Assembly: GCA_036172245.1 (NCBI GenBank)
Contig: JAYWIR010000032.1
Span: forward strand, 2,418,001 to 2,482,000
Source: Raillietiella orientalis
Lineage: Eukaryota
DNA: 64,000 nucleotides
Reading direction: 5' to 3'
A program made the position numbers and the translations under genes. Position 1 is the first letter of the stretch, and the number at the start of each line of letters is the position of its first letter. Positions 1 through 13,720 of the stretch are shown here, one piece after another. The notes under the pieces were generated by a model. That model worked only from the letters and a program-made list of their open reading frames with translations, made no database searches and was not told the origin of the DNA.

Positions 1-538
1 ACACTCGATATGTTCTTGATTACGTAACTGTTCATAAAAACAAAGCATTACAGCACTAGGAGGGGTGCTTTAAAAATTTAAATCTGATGGAAGATAACTT
101 TGTAGATAAGGATTCCCTTCCACAATTTTCTTTTGATACATCTGTTTCATTACTCTTATTTTACTGTTGTAATGGGTGAAGTCTGAAAGTTTAAAAGAGG
201 TGATGGTTTCAGTGTCAAGAACAGTGTAGTCTCTTAAGTCTTCACTTCAGTAGACACACGACTGCAACTTGAACACGATTTTCAATCAGTAAACTTGTTC
301 CAACAAGATCCTTATACATAAAACTGTATTATGCTGTTCATTTTCAAATCCATTCGGTTTCAAAATGAATACACTGTCAACCATCAGATGTACAATCAAA
401 AGCTCTTTCAAAAGTGAAACTACACATTTATTGTTCACAAAATAAAGTGTTTGTCTAAAGGGCAGCCTCTACCAGTAAATGTAGCATGTGAGGTGTGTGT
501 GCAGTCTTTGAACTTAATGGGAAACTGAAATGATTAGG

Positions 539-1353
539 TCAATGACCAGCCAATTGCTCATAAAGCTTTGGCACATAATCATCCCACTCAGCCTGGAAGA
601 AGTTTCCAGCAACTAGCTTAATGCCATACTTCTTGGCAAATTCTCCTATATGGAAATTCTCACGCTTTGCTCCACTGCGATTGGTCAGCCTTGGTTCATC
701 AAATGATAGTTTCTGTGGCTGTTCATATACAAGGAAAACATAGCGATGTAAACCTACAAAACTAACGTGAAGTGAAGCAAACATTCATACGTACCGGTAT
801 TCTTTGGAGGTCCAGCTCCAATATATTCTGATAATACTTCTCCTCTGTCCAAATGATTTTCAGGTATGTTTCCAACTAACCAATGGTGCCATTCTCTAAA
901 GGTTGGATTCTTTCTGCTTGGTGCATCTGGGTCTTGAAACAATGTTAAAAGTAAACATATAATCAAGAGACTTTACCTGTCATACACAGTGTGTACAACT
1001 TATCACTCTGATAAGGCCATCTAACATTTGTTGGCGGATTTTTAACTTGAGTAGGGGTTAGGATATTTCCATTACTCACCACGTTAGTTTCATATTCGAC
1101 CTATCGATAACACAGTTACTGATCATGCTAAGTGAAACCAACCTCCAAAGTGCTGGATGGTGCTTTCGAAATTACATCTGGAACCACTCTGTGCTGTTCC
1201 ATTTTTACTATGCTAGTACAATATCTGTGCAAAGCAATACGGCCTAAAGCACGTTTTAAATTAAGTATCGTCTAAAACATACAACCATCATCAACATATA
1301 CTTTTAGATACCCACACGCGATGACTTGTTGCACGCAAATACAAATGCTGCAT
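539..1353 (-). CDS. PEBP1: Phosphatidylethanolamine-binding protein (PEBP/RKIP family; symbol is family-level), 5 exons, about 215 aa (178 aa from the internal ATG at 1202)
   Basis: Exons (minus strand) are 1353-1312, 1271-1143, 1100-977, 932-795 and 753-539. The introns are GT-AG, 40/42/44/41 nt, with consistent phases. Family motifs: [74 protein letters not shown]. Minus-strand AATAAA at 427-432. Confidence 0.93.
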
Positions 1354-1479
1354 TATTCCGACTGATTTAAAATCAGCAGAATAAGTATTCGAATCGATTT
1401 TTTTGTTATAATTTAAATAATTTGTGCAGTCGTTTCCCATACACTACGAAGCTTAACAAAGATTTTTTCCGAGTGGGTT

Positions 1480-2960
1480 TCGTGAACCAATTTCATCAAT
1501 TCATAAACTGAAGACGGTAAATCAAATGGTAAACATCATTATGCACAAATGCCAAAAGCAAATACTGTCAAGCCAAGCAAGGAATTTTCAGAAATTTGAG
1601 TGATCAATAAACATGACTGAACACATAGTGTATAAAAAAGTTTTGTTAACACTAAATTCGAACTCGAACTCCTTCCTATGCTCCTGGCACACAACAGGGA
1701 AACACTTCGAAATCATACCGCCATTTGGTATTTTGGAACAAAAGACCCTATTAACTGGCATTACTTTACAGAATCATAATGTTTATGATCATTAAAGTTC
1801 ATAAAAAAACGTCTGTGCATATTTACTGATTTCTTTAATGGAACCAGTATGTTCCTGTTGCCCGCACATGCCACAAAAAAATCTCATGCCCGCTAAAATC
1901 CGACCCTCCGCAAACTCAGGCCAAATCAAATTACAGGATTCCCACTGGAAAACACACGTGCTTTTGTCTTTCGACGAGAAGCATGACCCTCAGGAAAAAG
2001 AACAAGAATTATTCAATGTTGAATCGAACATGCTTGTGGAACAAAAATTCGAATGTTTCTGTGTCTTTATAAGCGCACTGAATATTGGAAATGAGCTTTT
2101 TAATATACAAAGTATTTTCACTCTTTAATTATTGTCATAATGAAATAAATGTATGCATACTTTCAGATGGTTGGCATTAAAGAGCTGCTAACCAATTGAA
2201 TTTTAAAGAAACTCCATTTCATATGCATTGTTCTACTTATGAGAATTTGGAAATCAGAGAAAGCAATCTTGATTGGATGACGTGAACGAGGCTGCTTTTA
2301 TAATAGATACTTCAATATTAAGCCATGAATACTCAGTTGTGGATTTTTCACATTTGCAATGGTTGCAATTGATAAATTCTCTTTAAAAAAATTGAGAAAC
2401 AGATCTTGTAACTTTTTTGGACACGTTTAATACGATCAATCACAAAATGAATAACAAAAAATGCTTTTTTGAGTGCTGCCATTTACTTATAGAGAATGCA
2501 TCTTACGTCTTGTTAAATTCTTCAGTACGAGAGTTCACAAGAAAATCTCAAATGCTTGACAGAACCTTCCAACATTCTAGCTGATGCTTCCACAGATTTT
2601 CAAAACTCTTTTGCAACAATGGCATAAACAGATTTAATCACATCTTCAAGATTTACCTAAAAAATGGACATGGTTAAACAAAAACAGTTAAGTGGTGAAA
2701 CGAGGGATAGAAACTTTTGAAATGTGATTTCATGGTTTATATGACTGTCAATTGTTATTTACCACAATCATTTGCTGTTGAAGATTTTATCGAATCAGAC
2801 TAAGTATCAAAAACCAGCAAATTTCTTGAATTGGCAAAGCTCATTAAAACTTCGTTCTGTTCTTTTGTTTAGAGCCATTCTTTCAAATGTTACTATAAGC
2901 CTTCGAAATTACATGGAAAAAAATAAGCATATAAAGCATGCCAAGTTGCTCAAATCGGAA
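1480..2960 (+). mobile_element. Highly decayed DNA-transposon remnant, possibly hAT family (BED finger plus transposase)
   Basis: Broken frames give, in hAT order: KSKYC...MTEH (BED-like), VEQKF...IGNELF, SDGW...HMHC (D and CxxH-like), and KFLELAKL...RAILSNVTISLRNYM (dimerisation-like). There are many stops and frameshifts, and I found no TIRs. Confidence 0.35.
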
Positions 2961-5939
2961 TGGGCTATCGAAAGTCATCCATCATATAATGCTACAATTT
3001 AGTGGTTTTCATAAAAGTAAATACTTCGAGACGAACTTTTCTTTTTAAATCTGAAAAAGCAGCACTTTCGGGATAGTGCTATAAAAAGCCATGTTTCACA
3101 TTCTGAAACACTTTAGAAAATGCCTTTGATACTTCATTAAAAAATGAGACTGTGTAGCCTTCATTGGTGACACCTGATAATGATTTCAGTCGCATACCCA
3201 CATTTTCAAATAATTTTTTAAGCAATGATCATGTAATTGCACATTTCTCCAGCATATTCAAATTCCGCATAAGTTATTGGGAGACTATTTGGCATGTTAA
3301 TTGTGCACTTCACACAATGTCACAAATCTGCAATTTAAACTTCATTTCTTATTCGCTTAAAGAAATCAAAGATAACTATTTCTCCATATGATTTCACTAC
3401 TGCTTGGATTCTCATTCTTTGCAAAATACTTTTTATGATTAAAGTTTCTGTGTATTTTTGAAGTTGCAAATAATGTTTGGAAGAAAAGTATGATGAATGA
3501 CCAGTCTCTTCTTTTCATTATTCATTTCCTTTCTAGTTGAGTATGTACAGTATGCGTTCACAAATAAAGGACTGTATTTGGAATTTTGAAGATTTTTACG
3601 TAATTATTCTGGTCTTAGTCATGAGGTTGTGATAATTGGAATCCTTAGTTGAAATTTTGCTGACTTAGGGTACCTTTGATGTTGTCGATTTCTTCATTAA
3701 TTCATAGAGAATGTAGAGGAAAACAAGTGATTTAAAGTTTTCAGTCTAAAATCCCGACAAGACAAAACCGTAAGTTTTCAAAATTCACAGAGATCACTTC
3801 AATAATCAATCTGCCGAATCTTTCCGAGTTGCTAACTCGTGATTCCGCAAATTGGTACAAGAAAGGGGAACGGCAACAATTTTGCATGTTACTGTGTACC
3901 ATTAGTCATAGGAACCATCTTATATGGTACTAATTGATAAAAAGTTTTTTGATTGGAATTCATAAAACCTACAAAGTCGAGACCCAAAACTTCTTAGCTA
4001 TGAAGATGTGAGAGTGCCTGTGAATTATAGGAGTTATTTCTGGTACCCATGGTTCCACTCCCTACTCACGTTATCTGCAACACTTACTGAAAGGAACACC
4101 GACTGTTAACATTGCTGGGCTATGGTTGAGCAACTTCAGACTTTTCGAATGAAGTCGCGTTTGGCTTGAAGTCTCTTTCAGTTTTTACCATTCCCTCGCA
4201 ACTGTGAAAAGGTGAGAACACGGTTGGTGGTAAATCCTCACAACAAGCAAGCTGCTTTTTGTTGTCTTTTCATTTACAGTACTGACTTCCTCATTTGCAC
4301 CGGCACTGAACGTGAAGAGTACACGACATCTTGGAAAGAGCATTTCCGAAAGTGTCGAGTCTTTTGCTTCGAAATAGGAGTCCACGATAATATGCTAGCT
4401 TACGTAAACCGAATTTCGGGTTCTGGCAGGCGGACTCCAAATAGGATTTGACGAAGTGCACAGCAAACGTTGAAGGTCCACAAAACGTTCCACAGATTCG
4501 ACTGTCAGGAAGGCACCGTCGGTTTACAGGACATGTTTGCTTTGATTTTGAACAAAATCAAAGCAAACGCGTAACGATAGCATTCAAGCATTACTTAGGT
4601 TTGTTGATACGGATTCGTTGCTTCGCAATTTTCGGAAAACTGCCCGTCAATTCTGTTTAGCCATTGCTTGAATAAATTAATCAGTATCTTATTCTGCAGA
4701 CGCAATTTCCAGATTACGGGTGAACGTTCACAAACACTGTTAAACTTATATCAAATGTAAATAAAAACACGTTGGTGTTGAGAACACGTCTGATACAGTC
4801 TTTCCATGTGCCGTGAACTGTAAGCTGGCATTTGAAATGCGAATATTCAAAATTCAAGTACATGACTGGCTGGATTACCGGCTGCACCTGGATCACACGT
4901 AGACAGCTCCCCGCCCCCAAACACTCTGAACGAATTCCTTTGATGTTTAACAAGGATATATCAAGCAAATGAGAAATGTTTGGGACCAAACTTTCAACAA
5001 CCATGGATAGTCTTCATAGCATCTTTGGAACATGGGACCTTTTCACAGCATTGATCCACGGAAACATCTGAGATGCAGCTGATATCTTAATATGTAAAGC
5101 CTTGCATTGAATTAACCATGCTCATAGCACACTCTTTGTAGTCATGAAATTTGAGAACCTTGTTCAAGTTCAATAGAAGTAAGCAGGGCTGAATGTTTCC
5201 CATCGTACTACATCCTTGCAAATTATGTTTTGAAGAAAGTGGCTGGGTTTTTTTCGGAATGATGACTCAAGTTGCTTCACATGTTTCTGCCTTTATACAA
5301 CTTTTACCAACTGTGATGATGGTGATTACGTACGTAAAGTGCAATTGATAACTATCTGCTATAAAACAATTAAAAACAACCTCTCAGTAGCAACAGTACT
5401 CCTTTATCCAAGATTCTGATGAACAGGGGCAATGTTTGGTTCGAAAATCTCTAATCTAAAGGCCACTGGCTATGCAATCCACACTTTTGTGGAGACACAA
5501 GGCCTTTGATTTGAAGTTAATAAGGGAATTCCAATTTAATTAAAGCTATGATAATCTAACCCCTGTTCCATGAATGACTCATATGCTTTCAAAATCAACT
5601 CAGAAATCAATGAAAAACTATTTATCTATCAAATTCAAGAGCCACAGAATGTCATTTATTAGAATATAGGTTATAAATAATTTACATTAAAATGCTGAAT
5701 ACATCTTAATGGCTTTTCCTTTCAGATGATTGGAATCATTGCTGATATTAAAATGATAGCTACAAAACAATCAATTTGTGAAAGAGAGAGAGAGAAAAGG
5801 AAAGGAAATACAAAACAAAACAAAAGAAAGGAAAAAAGAAAGAAGAGAAACAGTATTGGACATTTATTTGCCCCACTTTCCTCCCCATAGCAGCCAATAT
5901 CACATGACTACCTGTTCAGATGAAAGGCTATAGGAATTC

Positions 5940-8900
5940 TCAAGACATTTCTGAATCTACATTAATTTCACAGCAGTTGCTAAGAGCACCAACCTTTCCT
6001 CTCCATTCGAATATTGCTCTCTCTTGGTCTGGCACCACCAAAAATGGCTAATTTTTGAGGAGTTTCTTCAGCTAATGCATTTGGTGGTACACTAGTAGAC
6101 CTTGGTAACAGTGTTAATCGCTTTCTCTGAGAGCCATCTTCATCTTAACAGAAAAGTGGAATTTTCAATGATTACATATGCTCACCAACGGACATTTCTT
6201 TAAATTTTTCTTCTACTCTTCGATCATCATCTTTCTGAGACTGTGGATAACTTCTTCCTTGATCTCGCTCTTTACCAAATTTTCCTCCAAAGTTTGCTTT
6301 ACTGGGAAACCTATCATTTCCCATTCGTCCTCCACGACTTCCACGATCTGTAACAAACGTCCAGTCAGCATAAAGTCCAACCATATCTAAAGTGCAATTT
6401 CTGAAAGTGCAATATACACTCTGTACCTGAACCATATTCTCTTCTATTCATCCCTCGAGTATTAGGACCTGAACGAGTATCCATACCACCTTAAATATTA
6501 CTAAGAATTTTTTCAAAAATATGGAAAAAATGATTACCTTTTGAGCTTCTATTTCGATCTGAAAACCCACCACTTTTGTCACGACCTCTTCCATCAGCAA
6601 CATCTACACGAAGATGGCGTCCATCTAAGTGAGCACCATCATAGATGACGGCCTCCTCCAAAGATTGTCTGTCTTCAAATTCTACATAGCAAAAACCTTT
6701 AAACTGATCTGTTTCCTTGTCTCTAACTAGACGAATAGAACGGATCTATGTGGAAGAAAAGTTCAGAAACTGTGGTATCTTTTCAGCACATACCCTCTGG
6801 TTACAAAAGATCTTTTCCAAATCACCTTGGACAATTTTATCAGGCAAATTTCCTACAAATGCAGTGTAAGGGGGCTCTTTAGGAATTGGTTTACTATGTC
6901 TTCGGTCGGAATTATTATAGTTCATGAAACCGCCACCATAATCATAATCTCTTGTGCTAAGGAAAAATTTGAAATTATCAAAAAATAAGAACATTGATCA
7001 ATAAAACAACTGAAAAAGCATAATACTTATTGGCATATAACAAACATAAGACCAATTTACGCTATTCTGATGCAAACAAGGAACAGAGAACCTGGATTTG
7101 GGGGTGAATTTCTTTGTAGAATAAGTAGATTACACATGAAACACATATGATTCTTTTACTGGTGAGATTTTGAAAAATTTCACATATAGTAACATTCCAA
7201 TCATATATGAATCATTGTCCCCACAAATCATTTTTTGGCTTTTACTAAAATATGTCTTCTGCAGATGAGCTCTAAATGTAAATCATAACCACTGGTCATT
7301 TGGAACAATTTTCCATGCACATATAAAACCACTCAACTAATGCATGTACTCTTACGTAAGATCATTCATTAAAGGAAAAGTTTATTAAGTAGCATCCCTG
7401 TATTACCACTGCCTCAATTACACAAGAACTTCCAACATTCCATAAGTTTAGAAATAGAGAACTATTGGAATCTATTTACCTCTGTTTCAAAATTACTGCA
7501 ATACACTCATGCTAAAAATTATACAGGAGTTACTACATAATGAAATCTGTCTGCAAATCATATGTTGACAGGTTATGATTTTAGCACAAGTTTAACTCAC
7601 AGAAAGATAATTGGGCAACTGATCTGCTGGTGGTAGTAACCATCCTCAAATGTCATTCCTCAATTACATTTAATTCTTCTAATAATCTCGTGCAATGTTA
7701 GTGATAAGCATGCAATTAAACACATTTGGGTTATTCAGAACTACCAAGAATACACAAAATGCAAATACCATTGCGAAATGTGAAAAATTATGAATCTGAC
7801 TAGGGAGCAAAACTACTGGACGCCTACTTCAAGGCCTGCTTTGAAGAAAACTGGAATTTAAAATAGAAGAAAAACAAACAGCACAGAGTATACAAAAGCA
7901 AAGAGCACAATCACCAATATGTTACTACTGTTCACGTTGCTCAAAAAGTTCAAAATACAAGCAGCTATTTCAAAAGGCATTTAACACTGGTAAATCTTAT
8001 ACTGTCCATCTATGTTAAAACACATTTACAATGCAACTATAAAGATTTAAAGCTGTTCTGAAATAGACTTGATAGTAAATACTTGCATTTAACTATTGAA
8101 TCTGATTTCCATAGGATTGCACTGGAGCATATCAACAATGAAAAGAATCTGTATGAAATGAACAACACTTATATTTTCAATTGAGAAAGTCTAGCAAAGC
8201 TCACATATTTTACCACACTGTCACATGGAGAGAAATTTCCTTTTTGGCTCACCTTTACCACTGTATTTTTTTTAAAGATTAAAACTCATAGAATGTTGAA
8301 AGTTCGCACCACACAGATGCAATTAAGAACGACATTTCACTCAGCCACAGATGAGAAACGCATTTCAAAATCAAACTGATGTAGGGCATGTTACAAAAAG
8401 AAAAATACACATACACAAATGTAATAATATCAATAAAGTTGACTAAATTATTATGGAATCTGTTTTTCATGTGGTATATCAAGTACACAATGTTGCTTTC
8501 GCACACTAATATTTACATTATGAAAAACTTTAGATAGTGCAAAAGAATCACACACACAAAATCTTCATATGGAAGTCTAATACTTTTACAATGACCTATT
8601 AAATCATTAGCAAACTATAAATTATCAAATGTTTTAACAGAAAGCATTATTTCACTGTCCCTATTCTATATAGCAATTATACTAATCAGAAGTAAACTTC
8701 ATGAATAGACATCATTTTTACTAAAAATTTTCAAATTCTCAAAGAACACTTTGGCATATAATGGAAATGTGCAATAGTGGATACATATTTGCTTAGCTGG
8801 TTTTCGGGAAATGTTTCATAACAAAAAATCAAAAAATTATTTCAGCTCTCATTCAAATAAACAAAACAAAAACATCAAAGACTGTTTTAACATTTTTTTA

Positions 8901-11196
8901 ATGCAAGAAAACAGAAATTCCCATTTGCATTCCACTGTTTCTACTTCTGAATTTAATAAGGTAAATATCATAAATGTGCTCATTTGATCTTTCCATCAAA
9001 TATCAAAGATTCCTATTTGAAAATTTTTTGATTAGGATCCTCGAATTTTCTGATTATTAAGATACTTACTACTGTTGCTGATCATAGTTCCTAAAGAGAA
9101 AATTTCAATTTTGTCTAAACGGAAAGTTCATTGTTTTAATATTTGAAGTCAGCAATTTAGTCCATATTTGTAAGCATGCATGCATGCAGGGTTAAGACTG
9201 CTTTACTTCATCATTATACTTAACTGAATATTTTGTAATGAAATGAAAACATGCACTGAATATTTCAGAATGCTTATTGATTCACAATCAATAAAAAAGA
9301 ATAATAAAAAAAATGGGCTGATTCTACATGAATTCTTAGAGAATATTCATAGGAAGTATTCAGTGCATGCTAGTTCATAGTGTTTACAAGTGATAGGATG
9401 CAAACCATGTACACACTTTGCATTATTTACTTCCTACCCTTCTCTATTCGTTTTCTATTCAAAAAAAAAAAACTATGTAGCAACAGTTTTTCTTTTTACA
9501 AAACCTTTTGATGAGATCTGCTTCATTTAAGCAGTTCTGTCATGTGCAAAATGACTGGTAATGGCTAGGAAGTCCATTCTAAGCTTTAGAATTAGTAAGT
9601 TGAATTACACAATCCTTTAGATCAATTCAATTCACTAATTGTAGAGAATAGGAAAATTCACATTATAAGCTTGTTATGCATCTTTATTTGCAGACTGAAC
9701 ACATCTATAATTCTTAACTGCACCAGTGCACAATGAAGAAAGCCTGAGAAATGATATATCAAAAATTTTGTAAATTTATAATGGATTATTTTTATGAATT
9801 GTTTTTATTTCTATATTAAATTCGAATAGTGCAGTTTCATTATCTCACACTTCAGATTTTTCAGATTCTATGCTTATACCTTATTTGAAAAATCTTTTGT
9901 CTTTGCTGCCTGTATAAAACAAAAATTCCTTCATCATGACTTGCTTAAAACTAGAAAATGCTTGAAGAACAAAATGCAGAAAAATATTTATATGTTAATT
10001 TACATAACTTTAGAAAAGTTACCTAGGTTCAAGATAGTGGATTTTCCTTGATTATAAATTTTTGAACTAATCTAAACAGCTTACATGTTTAACATTTTCT
10101 CCACTTTTCATCCTTAACTCATAAGTAATTACACAGTTGATTCCATTGAATCTGAAGAAACAAAGCAACGAAAGCCATAAAATACCAACAATTAGACAAG
10201 AGAAATGTCAGGTTTGTGGTTGATACAACCCAAAGCAAAACTTTTCACTGAATACATTGGGAAAATTCAGAGAAAACAGAAAGCAAGAGTTTGGAATGAA
10301 CCTTTTGCTTATCCAATTCCTTTCCCTTTAGATCATGCATAGAATTTTCCTCCAAATACAAATGTTGTGCACTTGTTTAGAGAATCCTAATTTACAATCT
10401 TAACGAATCTGGAAAATGGAATCAACGAATATAAACGGGAAGATTTACGGAAAGTCACGTGAAAATCATACCATACCTAACAAACAATGTATGAAAACCA
10501 AGAACAACAATCTGTTATGCTCCAAGGGACTGCACATCCTGTGAGAATCATTTGACTTAGGAAATGCTAATTCCGCAGCAAACCCATTGCTCAGAATCAA
10601 TAAACTGTCCTGAACACAAAATGCGAATGCTAGTTTCCAAAGATCATTACAAAATCCCTAAATACCTGTAATCGGCAAGATTTCACCCTATCTGATCAAC
10701 ACATCTGAACTGACTGAAAACAAACCCTACCACACTCTTTAGTAATTCAAACATCATTCCAAACGCTTAAGAATTAGACGGCACTGCTTCCATAGTTGGG
10801 CCACTTCAGTCCAATAACTGCCCGCAATGACACAATCAGTCCTTGACAACTTAGGTTAACTAATTCTTTCATCACCGGTGCGATTTGTTTTTATCAACTT
10901 CCAGTTTGATATTTGGCCGAATTCTCCGCTTTCGTGGGTAATAAATTCTGCTTGTTTGTTCAAATAACATAACTAGAAGCGAAAGCTTCCAGCAAAATAC
11001 TGCCCATTGTTTACCTCACACCAAGTTGATATTTCCGTTAAAAGTAACAATACAAAGTCTTACTGAAATCAAACCTCGAAACAAATCTTTTCATTCAAAC
11101 GTGAATTCACTGTTCACAAACTTAGCATTAACCAAAGAAAATCAGAAATACCGTGTGTGATTACCTCATTGTATCATTTCTAAAACTTTCCGCCAT
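5940..11196 (-). CDS. EIF4H: Eukaryotic translation initiation factor 4H, 7 exons, about 262 aa
   Basis: Exons are 11196-11165 ([10 protein letters not shown]), 6956-6794, 6745-6538, 6489-6427, 6347-6186, 6143-5994 and 5950-5940. The RRM shows [13 protein letters not shown]...VQGDL and [20 protein letters not shown]. The C-terminus shows [10 protein letters not shown]...[10 protein letters not shown]. Intron 1 is about 4.2 kb. The first and last exons are less certain than the core. Confidence 0.9.
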
Positions 11197-12442
11197 TCTG
11201 CATACATGTGATGCTCACAGCAATACCTACGTCTCCAGAGGAAACTTTACATTTCTGCATACGCTGATATGTAGGACTTGTGCAGATAAAAGAGTTCTGG
11301 CTGAATTCACCTTTATTTAGCGGCAGTGAAAATTATGTGGAATAGGATAGTAAATTACATAATATTTGCTTGCAAATTAAGAACTCGAAAATATTTCTGT
11401 TCAGCAAACTTTCCTTACAGCCGAGACTGCAATGGGAACATGAAATTCATACAGGGCAATTTTCTATTTTGTTATCTCCAAGATGGTGAAAAATATTATT
11501 ACTATCTCAACATAGACAATCTAATTGGAGGTTTGATGGCAAATGAAAACCCAAACATCCACACAGATTGTGTGAAAGTGAAGATTAATTTTCAATGAAA
11601 AGTAATCCAAGCGCGTGCCGTGACACCAATTAGTAATCATAACATAATGATCAATGTACAGTTGATTAGAATCTGCAATTATTTTTTAGCCCATTTCTTT
11701 GGATTCAAGTTTATTATGCAATCTCACGCTTTTTTCATCTAGACGTATCATTTAGTTATATACTTTAGTTTGTATAACTTTACAAGCGTTAAGTTGTTAT
11801 CTACATGCAAAAAATTGAACAAAACTTATCAGAAACCGGAGCTTATTGTCAAATATCCACTTAAAGGGTGAAAAAAAAGGAAAAATACATATCTCATGAC
11901 ACCAAAAAAATTGGCTTATACAGATGGTGAGAATCAGAAGTGAGTCTAGCAAACATAAGAATATGACTCGGAAACTGCAATCTTAACCATCCAGAGTATT
12001 TATTCAAGTTTTATTCTGTAGGTACAACATCACGGTGTAGTAGATTTAGTAAAGCTAAATAACATAAAAAAGGATTTGACCAGAGAATTAAGTGCGATAT
12101 ATCTTATGAATGGGCAGTTCAGTAGCTCAATATTAGAGCAATCATTAAAAACTGCTCAATAAGAAAGGAGTAATGCATTATATTAATAATGCTCCATCAG
12201 CTTACCAATACATTCATCACTTTTGATACTGCCTAAAGAATTTTCAAATTCAAAATACCTTATAATACTAATCCCAGTGTTCTTTTCGCTTTGAGTTACT
12301 TGATATGTATTTTCTAACGGTTTTTCGCATTCTTCATTTAAAAAAGATTCTCAAAAAACTTGCACTAAGCACGAGTATACTGAATGTTTGTTTCATCCTG
12401 TGTTTTCCATTTAGGTTAACACAGTAAACTTTGTTTTTTGCC

Positions 12443-12653
12443 AATAGACAGCCATGAGTAACCAAAACACATCAAAAACTTCAATTCCATTCAAAATATT
12501 TATTAGAGCAATGCTAAAAACCACCATAGGAGCAACGCTGCATAGGTAACCTACAAAGAAAATCAGTAAGATTCGAGTTGCAGGTATAGAGGACAGAGTA
12601 GAGGATACAGTACAGGGAATAGCCAGATGACATAATCCGTATATCAAACTCTT
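12443..12653. repeat. Left arm of a ~207-bp inverted repeat (partner 14761-14967)
   Basis: Its reverse complement aligns to 14761-14967 with 12 mismatches and one 4-nt indel (manual alignment). Confidence 0.92.
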
Positions 12654-13259
12654 TGTATATGAAACACTTTCTACTATGTGAGAGAAAAAGCTATTACTGA
12701 AGGAAATAGTGAAATCATCAAAGAGAATCCACCGAATTTCTTTGTATTTCGAGGAGAAAACAATCCTTTACTCAAAAGGCATCTTTGGGAAGTACAAGGT
12801 ATCATTTGATGGTATTTTGAGATAATATCTTGCTTAGTTAGATTCATGTGGAACAAGGGCTAACTGGACGGAAACGTGATGAATACGGAATCTAGTTAAG
12901 ATTTCTCAAACATACGTTTATAGTTATCATGTAAGGACATGATGCTGTATTAATAAAACCAACCTTAGAGGCATGAACCATTTACCGCTCAGGGAATGAT
13001 CATCTGATCGAAAAAATATGCAACACACAGCTTCTTCAGAATAAGGCAAAGGCAATTGCTAGATTCCTCCAGGAAGAAACTAAAAGCGCAGGAAATCGTA
13101 AAAAAGTTAGGGAGAACAGGGAGTAAAAAAAACCAGGTTCACAAGCTAACCGTTATTACAAAAAGAAATAAAAATAAATGTCGCTTTATCTCTAGTTTCA
13201 TCATCATTTTCTTCTCTTTGGATGAAATTATGCAGATCCTATATATATGAGCATCCCAA

Positions 13260-13720
13260 ATGCTGGAAGAAGTATTCCAGTGGGAGCTAAACCTCAAAGA
13301 GATGGACGCAGGCTTGCTACGTTATTCAGATTACCAAATCAACATAGCCTTTGGAAGCCAAAATCAGAAAAAGATGGCTTCATGGCTTCAAGAACACTAA
13401 AAGAACAGAAGGTTTTTTAACATAAGTAGGTACAGCCTATTTCTTAATTACAAAGCGCAAAGTGAGAAAACTTTCACATCTGGAGAGGATAAAAGACGGA
13501 AAAACCCTTATTCCCTTTGTGAAGAACTTTCATTTCATGCTGGCTAAATTGTAGAGTGGTACCTGAAACGATAACTTCAGGAAGGTAACTATGAATTCAC
13601 CAAGGAATCACTGTTGATCTATGTGAGGAAAAGTACAGAGAAGAGATACAAAGAGAAGGGGGGGTATTAGCCCACTAAATACTTGGAATTCACAATTGAT
13701 GGCGAACAGAAATGGTAATA
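13260..13720 (+). mobile_element. Possible decayed non-LTR retrotransposon (RT) fragment
   Basis: A stop-interrupted, coding-like frame ends in TKYLEFTIDGEQKW, which resembles the LINE RT KYLGxxID..L.W motif. Weak evidence. Confidence 0.25.

Noticed and set aside
1..450. End of a neighbouring gene (plus frame TRYVLDYVTVHKNKALQH*, AATAAA at 441)
   Set aside because: Too short to identify, with no recognisable motif.
4000..5600. Short ORFs between the hAT-like remnant and the eIF4H 3'UTR
   Set aside because: No recognisable domain or consistent splice structure.
8253..8260. 8-nt frameshifting microexon in eIF4H intron 1 (cag|TGGTAAAG|gtgag)
   Set aside because: The acceptor is preceded by an A-run rather than pyrimidines, so it is likely a chance match.
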